Source: Rhynchobatus australiae (Eukaryota). Taken from it: a stretch of DNA of 64,000 bases. The stretch is from contig JAUZTB010000075.1 of assembly GCA_034780895.1 (NCBI GenBank), forward strand, positions 4,936,523 through 5,000,522, given 5' to 3'. This document shows, in pieces, positions 1 to 12,258 of the stretch. Every line of letters starts with the position of its first letter. The stretch's first letter is position 1. The notes under the pieces were generated by a model that had not been told where the DNA came from, made no database searches, and saw nothing but the letters and a program-made list of their open reading frames with translations. The translations under genes and the position numbers were made by a program.

Positions 1-1249
1 CTTTAGCCTCACCCCTGCCATGAAAGCTTTCAGTTAACACACACCAGATAGGATACTTCAATTGAATTTCTGGCTACTCTGCTGGGTAGGGAAGTATGGG
101 TTTTAGCAATCTATTTGTGTTGTAATTCCTACTGGTAGTTGTCAATATGAAAAGAGCACTGATGCCTAACCCCATGGATTTAACATGTGGACCTGTAGAA
201 AGAGCACAGATCCTTGTATTGTATAGGAGCTGTAGACCAGCACTTGGACTCTTGGATCCCAGTGTAGCAAATACCTTCTGAAAATGAGGAGAACAAATTG
301 ACAAAAAGTCTGACTACTAACTTGATTCTCAAATCTGAGTGACACTGTACCACGTCATTCTGCCAAATTATGGTTTCTTAGGATAATATCGATTACATGT
401 TCACCTTAATGGCATTCCTTCCCCAGGAGTTCAAGACCTGAGCATGTAACCTGGACTGGCACTTCAGTAAAGTATTGAGATGTGGCTTTGTGGGAAATGT
501 CTAATTGCAGCAAGATCTTGAGCTCTGTAACTATTTATTTTTCATTTAAGATCCCACAGAATGAACTTGGATCTTCCAAAGATCTTTTGACAATGTACTT
601 TGCTAATGAGGTAATTTAAGTCCAGTCAGTCATTGCTGTACTTACAACATATAGGATTTGCACACAAGAAACTGCCACAATCACAATGATCCTGAATTTG
701 TTTTAGTGACGGTAACTGGGGCACAGCACTCTATTAGTATAGTTCAAGTATAGAATGCATTCCAATGTCTCTGCCAACATTCCTCTATCAAATTTGATTA
801 CTTGATAGGTTTGTAGGATGCGGACATGCTTATTTATGTAACAGCAATAATATTTAAATGGTCTACTAGTTGTCTTGCTTAATTGTGTCATAAAGATATG
901 ACTGAGGTAATATCGGTGCTGCACAAAGCTCACCTGGACAAATGCCAAACCATCTCATTGGGCAATGCACTACTGGCCATTGTGTCTCATTCCATTGTAA
1001 ACCCATGGACTAACCTAAATTCTGCTCGTCCCTTTCACCCATCACCTCCGTGCTTGTTCCTGGTTGTAAAATTGACATTATGCAATCTCCACAATTCAAT
1101 TTTTATGCAGAAGCTTGTCCCTCCTCAGCTTCTTAATTTCCTGCAATCATAAAATCCAACACAGTGTATGTTGTTTTTTTTTACATTCCTCACTTTAGGC
1201 AGTTGTACAACGGTGCACAAATGGTTGGGAATAGCTACTGGAGTTAACA

Positions 1250-3130
1250 GACTAAGCTGGCCAAGTCGAGAACGACACTAGGTTGGAGTTGTGGCAGGTA
1301 GTGAACAAACATCATAAGCTCTAGACTTACTTGACCTTGTCTATGTAGGATTAATTGATGCTGGTGCACCTGTCTACTCACTCAGTTACAAAAGTGACCA
1401 CCGTGATGCAGAGATGGGGTCCCGACTTTGCAGCAAGGATGCACTTATTATGTGGCACTAATATAACTGTGCTAGATGGAGTCAAAACAAACCTAGCAGA
1501 TCAAAATTGTGCATTTGTGATTCACTGTGGACCATCAGCAGCAGAAACATGCACTACTACCATAATCTGTAACCTTGTAGCCTGGCATATCCCTCATTTG
1601 ACCATTACTGTCAAGGTAGGAGATCAACCATAGTTCAGTGAAGAGTGCAGAAGGGCACTTTGGGAGCAGCATCGGGCATACCCTTTTAAAAACAAAAGAG
1701 AGCCGCCAGCATAGAGAAGTTGCAGCACAGGACTGTACATACTAGGCAGCAAAACAAGCATGCAATAGACAGTTAAGCTATCTACAACCAGCAGACAAGG
1801 TTAAAGCTCTTCATGTGGAATCCACCCTTCAGTCAAATTGATTCACTGCTTTGTAATGTTGTATCTTTTCTGGATGTAGCTAAGGCCACAGAACCAGTGA
1901 ACATGCGTGCTGTAGTACTAAAGGCTTGTGCTCCAGAAATAACTGCATCTCCAGCCAGGCTGTTCCAGTTCAGTCGCGACTCTGGCATCCACCCAGCCAC
2001 CTGGAAAATTGTTCAAATAGGTTCCATTTACAAAAACAAAGTCCATTCTGGCTTATCTGATCAGACCACTCTTGATCTTTAGCGGTGTTGGAAGATGTCG
2101 TCAGTAGTGCTATCAAGCAGCACTTATGATGACAACGTATGCCTCAGTTTGTATTTTTTTTATTTTACCAGGACAATTTGGCTGCAGACCTCAACACAGC
2201 CTTGATCCTTGAAATGGAGAACTGAATTCCAGAGGTTAGATGAGAGCCACTGACTCCCCTGGCATCAAGGCAGCATTTAACCAGACTGAGCTCTGATAAA
2301 ACTGAAATCAATGGGTACCAAGGGGAAAATACTCCAGTAGTTGGAATTATACCTTGCACAGAAAGAATATTGTGGGAAGCCGATCATTCCAGCTCCAACT
2401 TCAAGAGTTCCTCAGGGCATTGTTGTAGAACCAACTATCTTTGCTGCTTCATCAAAGTCCTTCCTTCCATCATAGCATCAGAAGTGGGATTATTGATTCC
2501 ATTACTTTTAATTTCATTTGCAATTCCTCAGCAAACTCAAAAAGCTTGCCTGTGTGCAGCAAGACCTACGTAACATTCAGGCATAAAATGACAAGTAACA
2601 TTCAAGTGCCAGACAATTACCATCTCCAGTGGCAGAATCTTGCCACTGGCCCGACATGTTCAATGGCATTACATCATTGTAGCGGGTCAGAACTTGTGTT
2701 TCCTGATGCTAATTACTTTCCTAGCACTCACATTTCCATAATTTGCAGTGCCCGTTTCAGGAGTAGGATATGCCTAAACTCCAACCACACCTGAAGCTTG
2801 ACGAGGAAACCTCCTTAACTGACACCGCATTCACCACCTTTAATGTTAATCATTCCACCACTAGGTGGTTGCAATATGTGCCATTGATAAAATGTATTGT
2901 AGTTGATTAAGCTACGCTGACAAACTCTCAAAACCAAGAGCTCTCGCACCAAGAAGGGCAAAGGTAGCAGTCACATGGGAACCTTGCCACTTGCAGTCCC
3001 TTCCCCAAATTGTGTGCCAGCCCGAGTCAGAAGTCAGTGGTCTTCATCATCATTGTTCTGAGTCTCAGAACTCCCTATACTACAGCTTTGTGGGAGTACC
3101 TTTAAGTGCACTGCAACATGAACACGTGTA
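1250..3130 (+). mobile_element. Decayed non-LTR retrotransposon (CR1/L2 group) ORF2 remnant
   Basis: ORF 1813..2082 reads KATEPVNMRAVVLKACAPEITASPARLFQFSRDSGIHPATWK, a decayed KA.GPD.IP..VLK.CA.EL..PL..LF..S...G..P..WK pre-RT motif. RT-like remnants follow, with many frameshifts. Confidence 0.75.
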
Positions 3131-3139
3131 TTGGGGAGA

Positions 3140-4105
3140 GGAGTAGAACATCTTGTTCCTCAACTCCACTCCACCATTTAATATGATCACAGCTGATTGT
3201 GACCTTTTCTCCCTGTGCCTATCCAGGATAATCTTTCATTCCCTTATTTATCAAGTATCTATCTCTGCCTGAAAAGTATTCAAAGTCTTTGCTTCCTTTA
3301 TCCTTGAAAGAAAGTTCTGGAAATTCAAGAACCTTGTGGGGAGGGGGGCTGGTGGGAAGGTTCAATTTATTAAATGAGCAGCCCCTTATTTTAAATAGTG
3401 ACCCCTATCCTGGATTCACCCACGAGAGGAAATGTACTCTCTGCATCCGCACTGTCAAAATCCTTGTGAACCTGCAGGTTTCAATCATCCCGCTCACCTT
3501 TTCTAAATTCTACCTGATCAAACCTTTCTTCATTAGACAACCCATCTGTTTCAGCTATTAATCTTGTAGATCTCTGAACTGCTTTGACACATTAACATCC
3601 TTCAAATAAAAAAGCCAGTTATAGTACTCACTACTTCTGATAGGGTCATGCTGTTGTAGAACCCCCTACTTTTGTATTTATTTTCCTAGCAATAAACAAT
3701 GCTTTATCTGGCCACCAGCCTTCTGTGAAATGTGCACTAGGACACCTGGATCCCTCTGCATCTTTGTACTCTGCAGTCTACCATTTTTCCTGACAAAATG
3801 GTCAATTTCACATTTTCCCACATATATTCTTATTTCCCAGATCTTTGCCCACTCAGTTAACCTATCTATATCACTTTGTAGCCTCCTTGTGTCTTCTTCA
3901 CAACCTACTTTCCTGCTTCGTGTCTTCGATAAGTGTTGAGCCCAACACCAATCCTTGTGGCAATACCCATTGTAACATCTTGCCAAACTGTAAAAGACCC
4001 ATTTATGGCCACTCCCTGTTTCCTGCTAGTTTGCCAGTTTTCTATTTATGCCAATATTACTCCTCTACCAAGAGCTTTTTTTTTTGCAGTAACCTTTGAT
4101 GCATC
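3140..4105 (-). mobile_element. CR1 LINE 3' fragment
   Basis: ORF 3678..3986(-) reads EEDTRRLQSDIDRLTEWAKIW...GKCE...QRDPGVLV, the CR1 RT C-terminal signature. Confidence 0.85.
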
Positions 4106-5269
4106 CCTTCATCAGGTCAATAAAGTGGCAACATCACCTCATTAAGGGCAATTAAAAATGGGCCATTAGTAATGCCCACATCCTGAAAAATTTAGTAAAT
4201 AAACTTTCTCCTCCAGTAGTGTTTTGTCTTTAGCTGTCATGGCTATAAGCTCTGGAATTCCTTCCCTTAGTGTCTCTTTTCTACCTCTTTGATCCAGCTT
4301 TTATTCATCTGTCCTGTAACATGCTTTGCTATATATAAAAATGTTGTTGAATGGTCTGGATCTGCATTGTATATTCTAGATCAAAATTGCAGCCAACACA
4401 TGAATCTTTAATGACCATTGGTTNNNNNNNNGGCTTTGTTGCTCTGCATGTCATGGGTTTTGAATGAACTAATTTTACTCTACTGAAGATCAACAGAATG
4501 AAGGGTATGTTATGGAGCTTTTTGGAACGTTGATCCGTATACCAGTTGAGCTCGGTGCTAGATCTAACCTGCATTTCTTCAAAAATGGAGTTATTCCTTA
4601 AAATGTGTACAAAAGGATACTATAAAAGTACAAAACTGGGGATTGATTAATTGGATTTTTTTGGCATTGAAGGTTGCTGGGAGCTGGGTGGCAGCGGAAG
4701 GTTAGCTGAGAATCCTGTGAGGTGAGAGCTGAGCACAAGTTGAACAGCCAACAAAGCAATACATTCTGGGGATTAATGTATCTCCGTTTATAGGTTCATA
4801 CAGGTTATCTGAAATTGACTTCTAGCACAAAGTTTTAATTGTTAAATGGCACTGCCTCTGTCCTTGAAATGCACGTGAAGGTGATTAGCAAGGAGGAAGT
4901 ATTGATAGTCTCCTGTTTTCTTTCCCTTAAAGTTTGCCATCATTATCCCTTTGCCAACCTTTGATCCTTGCAAACTTTGGTCCAACTCCAACATCTGTGT
5001 CAATCTTACCCAGATTTCTGTTTGACGCACCTCAGTCACGTTATTAACCATTGCCACAGTTGCAAAGCAGCACTTAAAGTTACTAAAAGCATCCTCCATC
5101 CATGTCTCCTTGATTTTCTCAACCTAGCTTTGGTCTTTGACCAAGTTCACCATCCTTAGTGCCTCCATGGTCAACTAAGTGGGTGTGAACCAACTTGCCT
5201 AGTTGCATTCTTACCTATCAGTTGTAACCAGAGAATCATGTGCAATAGTTCCTCTTTTTATCCAGACGC

Positions 5270-8200
5270 TCATGATTTAGGAGGGGAGGAGAGTAGAAAA
5301 GAAGCAGGAGGTACAAGATGGGGAACAAAGTTACTTTTAGAAATTAAAAAAGTGGTGTGAGTTATAACTGGTACCAGATGCTTCTGGTTGTCAGGGCCAG
5401 TGTTTGACATCACAGGTCAGCAGGACGGTGATTGGTGAGTATTTCTTCCTGGTCTCTTCTAATTTGCTATGACACTTGAATAGAAATTATTGTAGCCAAG
5501 AAGTATAGCAGGTTAAAATAATTAAATCCATCTCATCTAATTAATTAATTGGAACAGGAATAGCTGAGCTGGTAATGTTTTGTAGTTGCAATATGTGGAC
5601 CCCATTGTGTTCACAGTGATCACAGTTGAGTAATCAAGGGACTTTGGCTCGGGGTGATGAGCTGGAGTCCAAGCTTCAGACACTGTCGCACATCGGGGTA
5701 GGTAAAATTACCTGGACAGTGTGTTCCAAAAGGGAGTCGCATCCCTTGGATTGACTTCGTAATATTTAGCCAGTTATCAGGAATTGGAGAGGTGCAAATG
5801 TAAAAGAGACAGGTAGAGGGATCCAGGGTGTAGCACTGGGGGAGCCTCATCTTTTATCCTTGCCTAACAGGTACGAGGTTCATGTGCCGTTTGGGCCAAG
5901 GTGCCATCTGTCCATAGCACAAGAGGTCATTCAAGTGGGAGTAATATAGTCGTCAAGGGGATAGCATTGTTAGGGGAACAGACATTTCTCTGCTGCAAAG
6001 ACTGTCCTGAAGCTGTGTTGCCTGCCTAGTGACAGGGTCAAGGACATCACTTCTGGGCTGGAGAAGAGCCTGGAGTGGGAAGTGAAGGGATCCAATTGTT
6101 GTGCTCCATGCAGGCACTAATGACCTTTGCAGGACTAGGAAAGAGGTTCTGCTGAGGGATTGTGAGCAGCTTGGGGCAAAATTGAAAAGCAGAGCCACTA
6201 TGGCAGTGATCTCCCAATTATTACCTGAGCCGCACACAATAGGCAGAGGGTAAATAGGATTTGAGAAATAAACACAAGGCTCAAAGATAAGAGTGGGAGA
6301 AATAGGTTGTGATTCATGGGCCACTGGTACTGGCACTAATACTGGGGAAGGAGGAAACTGTGATATTGGAATGGACTTCACTTGAACTGTGCTGGGACCA
6401 GTATCCTGGTGAATTGCATAAACAGGGTTGTAGAAAAGGTTTCTAGTTACTTAGAGGTGGGGNNNNNNNNNNNNNNNNNNNNNNNNNNNNNNNNNNNNNN
6501 NNNNNNNNNNNNNNNNNNNNNNNNNNNNNNNNNNNNNNNNNNNNNNNNNNNNNNNNNNNNNNNNNNNNNNNNNNNNNNNNNNNNNNNNNNNNNNNNNNNN
6601 NNNNNNNNNNNNNNNNNNNNNNNNNNNNNNNNNNNNNNNNNNNNNNNNNNNNNNNNNNNNNNNNNNNNNNNNNNNNNNNNNNNNNNNNNNNNNNNNNNNN
6701 NNNNNNNNNNNNNNNNNNNNNNNNNNNNNNNNNNNNNNNNNNNNNNNNNNNNNNNNNNNNNNNNNNNNNNNNNNNNNNNNNNNNNNNNNNNNNNNNNNNN
6801 NNNNNNNNNNNNNNNNNNNNNNNNNNNNNNNNNNNNNNNNNNNNNNNNNNNNNNNNNNNNNNNNNNNNNNNNNNNNNNNNNNNNNNNNNNNNNNNNNNNN
6901 NNNNNNNNNNNNNNNNNNNNNNNNNNNNNNNNNNNNNNNNNNNNNNNNNNNNNNNNNNNNNNNNNNNNNNNNNNNNNNNNNNNNNNNNNNNNNNNNNNNN
7001 NNNNNNNNNNNNNNNNNNNNNNNNNNNNNNNNNNNNNNNNNNNNNNNNNNNNNNNNNNNNNNNNNNNNNNNNNNNNNNNNNNNNNNNNNNNNNNNNNNNN
7101 NNNNNNNNNNNNNNNNNNNNNNNNNNNNNNNNNNNNNNNNNNNNNNNNNNNNNNNNNNNNNNNNNNNNNNNNNNNNNNNNNNNNNNNNNNNNNNNNNNNN
7201 NNNNNNNNNNNNNNNNNNNNNNNNNNNNNNNNNNNNNNNNNNNNNNNTTTACTCTGTACTGTTATTGTTTTTACCTGTACTACCTCAATGCACTCTGTAC
7301 TGACTCAATGTAACTGCACTGCATGATGAATTGACCTGTACAATCGGTATGCAAGGCAGGTTTTTCACTGTGCTTCGGTCCATGACAATAATAAACCAAT
7401 ACCAAAGAAAGAATCAACGCAATGCCGAGTAGTGAAATGAATGCAGTGGATAGTGATGGAGAATCAATTTGGGTGGAAATAATGAAAAGCAGGGGAAAGA
7501 AGATACTGGTGGGAGCAGTCTGTAGGCTCCCAAGGTGTTGCTCCTTGGGGGCACAACTTAGGCATGTAAGAGTGAAACTGAAATTATCATGGGTGATTTT
7601 AATTTGTGCATTGTTGGACTAATCAAACTGGCAAGAGTACCAGTAAAGTGAAATTTGCATAGTGTCAGGGATGATTTCTTAGAGTGGTTTGTTACAGAAC
7701 CTACCCACAGGCTATTTAAGAATTGGTTACGTGTAATGTGGTATGATCAATAAAAGATGTTGTGGTTAAGGGTTCCCAGTAACCCTAATGTGGTAAAATC
7801 CAGATACAGTGTAGTTATGAACCTGCATCTTTGCTCTCAATGTCCTCAACTCAAATAAGGGCAATTAAAATGGTTTGAAATAGTGTTGTCTGGAGTGGAC
7901 TGGGTAACTTGACTAAGGCATAGGTCAGTGGATGAGTAATGGCAGATAATTAAACAGTTAAATTGTAACACACAGCAGAAATTTATTCTAATTGGAAAGA
8001 GGGATCCCAGAAGAAAGTTGAACCATCCATGGTTAACAAAGGAGGTCAAAGGTAATGCTAAAGTGGGACAGGCTAGTGGTGGACCAGAGGAATGGGAATT
8101 TTATAAGAACCAGCAGGGAGAGACTTCAGAAGTTAATAAGGAAGGAGAAAATTGAGTGGAAACTGGCAAGTAATGTGACTCCAAGAGGATAAAAAGTGGG

Positions 8201-9345
8201 AAACTATAGACTTATTAGGTTAACAAATGTTGGAAAGATGCTGGAGTCTATAATGAAAGAAGAAATAGCTAGTCATTTAGAGAAGTTTAATGTATTCAAA
8301 CCAAGGTAACATAGTTTTATGAAAGGCAGATCATGTTTAACAAATTTGCTGGAGTTCTTTGAGGATGTAAAAGGAGAGTCAGTAAAGGGGATGCTATAGA
8401 TGAAGTGCATTTTGATTTTTCAGAAGGCATTTGACAAGCTGCCGTACAAAAGGCTGCTGCCCAAGGTTAGAGCTAATGACATTAGGGCAAGTTTATTAGC
8501 GCGCCGTGAAGATCAGTTGTCGCAAGGAAGACTTGGGGGCAAAAACTCAGCAAATGGAGTTTAATGTAGGAGAATGCAAGGCCACACTCTCTGGCAAGAG
8601 GAATCAAAAGGCAGAGGATTATCTGAACGGAGAGAGATTTCTGATGTGTGAAGTACAGAGAGACCTGGGTGTTCCTGTGCACAAATCACAAAAGGTTTAA
8701 TAGGACAATGCAGGAAGTAGTTTGGAAGGCAAATAGCTTATTGGCCTTTATTGCAAGAGGTTTGGAGTTTAGCAAAGGAGGAGAATTGTTACTATTGCAT
8801 GGGGTGCTGGTGAGGCTATACTACCAAAGGGGATAGTTTTAGTCCCCTTACTTAAGGATATAGTAACATTAGCAGCAGTCCAGTGGAAATTCACTAATTC
8901 CTGGGAAGAGAGGGTTGTCCTATCACTGGCAGCTAAAGAAATTACATCTACATTCCCTGGAGTTTAGAAAATAAGGAGTGATCTTATCGAAATATGTAAG
9001 ATCCGGAGGGGAGGTGACAGAATAGATGTCAAGATGTTTCCACCAGTGGGAGAATCTCAAACAAAGGGATGTAGATACAAGATTAAGGGTGTTCATTTAA
9101 AACTGAGGTGTATAGAAACTTCTCATAGAGGGTGGTGGGTCTCTGGTATTCTCTTCCCCGGAGGGTTATGGAGACTAGATCACTGGGGGTATTCAAAGAG
9201 TAGGTAGACATTTTTGAAAGATCAGGGAATTGAGTTGTGGGGAACTGGCACAGAGAGCTGAGGCCTGGGGCAGATAAGCCATGATCATATTGTACAGCAG
9301 GGCAGGCTCAAGGGGCTTTCTCTAGCTCTCTTCTTGTTCTCTAAT
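5270..9345 (+). mobile_element. Near full-length decayed CR1 LINE (ORF1 with SGNH-esterase remnant, ORF2 endonuclease and RT, 3' UTR), interrupted by a gap and a nested insertion
   Basis: GDSIVRGTD and VCCL..RVKDI...VVLHAGTND near 5957-6125; ESIWVEI...KILVGAV (ORF 7422); IIMGDFN near 7585; QMEFNVGECK...QRDLGVPV (ORF 8506); CR1-type 3' tail to about 9345. Confidence 0.85.
7248..7402 (+). mobile_element. 3' tail of a younger retroelement (Rex/Babar- or L2-like) nested in the CR1
   Basis: Ends ...gacaataataaaccaatacc. Its reverse complement recurs with high similarity at about 56622-56790. Confidence 0.65.
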
Positions 9346-9892
9346 GGACAAATGGAGGTTTTTTCCTAAGAGTATTAGTATTTTGTAAAACCATGGACCA
9401 ATAAGGATAACTGAAAGAGAACAATAGAGCAGCAAAACAATTGAGTAAATCAGGGGATTTCAAAATAATGAAAAGATACAGGAAAATAGGTTTATAAAAA
9501 TATATTTAACATGGATAGGAGATTTGAATTGTACTTGTTTGCAGTGCAGTTCAATGATACACCAGTACATTTCAGAGCAAGAAGAACCACTTCTGTATAA
9601 AGACCAATTTTCCCGTACCCTTTTCATTATTTTGAAATCCTCTAATTTACTTAATTGGTGGAGTATATTTAACAGTTCAATAGATTTCCAAAGCATCTAC
9701 TTCTCAACAAAACATTTTTTTAACCTTTGTCACATCCAGTGGTTATTTCTCAATGCTTTACCACTATTGCTTAATGATCTTAGAAGTTCTGAAAATGAAT
9801 TGCACCAGGATTATAATTTTATATTTTTAATGATTAACAAGTTGAATTTAAGCCAATCTGAAAACTCTTCGTCTAAGATTTTGGTTGCATAC

Positions 9893-10294
9893 TGTGATAG
9901 TCGACCCACGCTGTAGTAAATCAGGCAACAGCAGAACCAAAGAATGTACCATTAATGCTTTATTATTTTAATGCTAGCGGGAGTGAGGGGTACAGAGAAA
10001 GTGTAAACAGCGTAACCGGAGCTCTGTACTGATCCTCACTGGGAGATTTACTGGTTAGTGTCCCTACTTTTATACCTAATCTGTGGGAAGTTGCACATAC
10101 TAAGGCAGTTGCTTACAGCAAGCTTTTAGCAAAACAAGATGTGTCTTAAAAGCTTCTTTGTTTCTCATCAACACCTGCACATTTTACAGTCACCCCATGG
10201 TTGAGGCAATATCACGCCATGGAAAGAATAGCTGCACACCATTAGCCCTTCTGTTTCCAGTCATTAACTCTTACATTTTCAGATATCTTTTACA
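9893..10294 (-). mobile_element. Solo LTR (402 bp) with 4-bp target-site duplication ATAC
   Basis: TG...CA termini; ATAC at 9889-9892 and 10295-10298. On the minus strand, TATAAAA (10074-10068) is followed by AATAAA (9964-9959), the U3-R-U5 order. Confidence 0.75.
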
Positions 10295-12069
10295 ATACTT
10301 CCCACGTTACAGGAGTGACTAGATTTCAGAGCAATACAAAAAGTAACAATGACTACGGTATTGTTAACAATTTAACCCTGTGCTGTATGATAGTTTCTTG
10401 GGTTCTTGGGCTGCCTAGGCACTTTGTAAAGTCAGGCAGTGTTGAGAATATGTGATGGTTTTCTCTAATGTTGTCGAAATGTTATACTAGTTACAGGTCA
10501 TGATATAACACACTGCACAAAAACCTGTTGCTGCTGGGTGGAGAACTTTGGTTTTGTTTGCTTTGTGAGCCAAAATGCCACACCTACTAATGTATGGGGA
10601 AAAGCTATGCCTTCAGAAAGGAGAGGTTTAGTCCTTTGCTGCAGCTCACTCCCCAAGTCGTTGGCCTATAATCAGACAACCAACTAAGAGTGTTAAGAAG
10701 AAGTGACTGTTTCCTCCAATGCTGCCCAGATACTTCATAGTCAACCCAGCCCTAATGCAGTGCGTAAATGTGCATTTTCTAGTAGAAGGTCGGGATTCCT
10801 GGTCAAAGGATCCTGACCGAGGACGCATTTCCTCTCAGTCGATGAACCATCTGGCAAGTGCTCACACCTTTTCTGGCTGAGGTCCACTAACTGCACAAAT
10901 TGGAAAACTTCAAGGTAAGTTTGGCTTTGTACGGATTTCACAGCAAGCTTCTTCTGGTAAAGGGAATTCAGTGTTGAGGGAAGGTCAGTAAAGCAGTCAA
11001 TGCAAGTGGGTTTGATGCAAGCTGATGTGCTTATTTGTTGACTTGCATGAACTGTCAGCCCTTGCAAGTGTATTTTTATAAATCATGTCTTCCCAACTCT
11101 TTCCCCTTCATATGCTCTACTGTTGATAACTGCGTGCAAACTTGCCCTCACTTGTTTCTCTCCTCTTCTTCTGCAGCTCCCCACCCAAACATCATGGAGC
11201 TTCCTTTCTTTTAAACCATTCTCGGTGGTTTCCCCCAGCATTACTGAGCACTTGCTGTCAGCAATTGATTTCATCTCTCCTGTTTTGGAGGAAGTTTTTT
11301 TAAATTTTAAAAATTTTATTATTTACAGCATGGTAACAGGCCCTTCCGGCCCAACGAGTCTGCACCGCCCATTTTAAACCCCAAATTAACCTACCNNNNN
11401 NNNNNNNNNNNNNNNNNNNNNNNNNNNNNNNNNNNNNNNNNNNNNNNNNNNNNNNNNNNNNNNNNNNNNNNNNNNNNNNNNNNNNNNNNNNNNNNNNNNN
11501 NNNNNNNNNNNNNNNNNNNNNNNNNNNNNNNNNNNNNNNNNNNNNNNNNNNNNNNNNNNNNNNNNNNNNNNNNNNNNNNNNNNNNNNNNNNNNNNNNNNN
11601 NNNNNNNNNNNNNNNNNNNNNNNNNNNNNNNNNNNNNNNNNNNNNNNNNNNNNNNNNNNNNNNNNNNNNNNNNNNNNNNNNNNNNNNNNNNNNNNNNNNN
11701 NNNNNNNNNNNNNNNNNNNNNNNNNNNNNNNNNNNNNNNNNNNNNNNNNNNNNNNNNNNNNNNNNNNNNNNNNNNNNNNNNNNNNNNNNNNNNNNNNNNN
11801 NNNNNNNNNNNNNNNNNNNNNNNNNNNNNNNNNNNNNNNNNNNNNNNNNNNNNNNNNNNNNNNNNNNNNNNNNNNNNNNNNNNNNNNNNNNNNNNNNNNN
11901 NNNNNNNNNNNNNNNNNNNNNNNNNNNNNNNNNNNNAGTTACAGCACTTGTGGTTTATATATTTCTTACTGGTAATGTAGGTATTTTTCTCAAGTTTTAC
12001 TGTTTAAAACTCGGGATTTCTTCCTTCCCAATTTTTAGAGCCACTATGTTCTTATTTTTGTTTCCTTAG

Positions 12070-12258
12070 TCTTGGGATGTATTTTTTCGAAATGCTAACA
12101 CAGGAGCAGCACCAGGCACTGCTTACCAAAGTCCTCCTCCACTGGGTGCAAGTCTGACTTCCTTATCTCAAGCCCAGTCCATGATAGTTGCACAGCCAAA
12201 CGTGGACAAGTTAGTGGAGGATCATCTGGCAGTACAGTCACTCATCAGAGCCTATCAG
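12070..12258 (+). CDS. OGDH: OGDH exon 3 equivalent (189 nt): [63 protein letters not shown]
   Basis: ttccttag|TCT...TATCAG|gtaatc; phase 0/0. Not in the supplied ORF track. Confidence 0.95.

Noticed and set aside
1-12069. First coding exon or promoter of OGDH
   Set aside because: I found no transit-peptide/...PKSVHK exon or CpG island. It is probably upstream of the window, or hidden in the gaps at 6463-7247 or 11396-11937.
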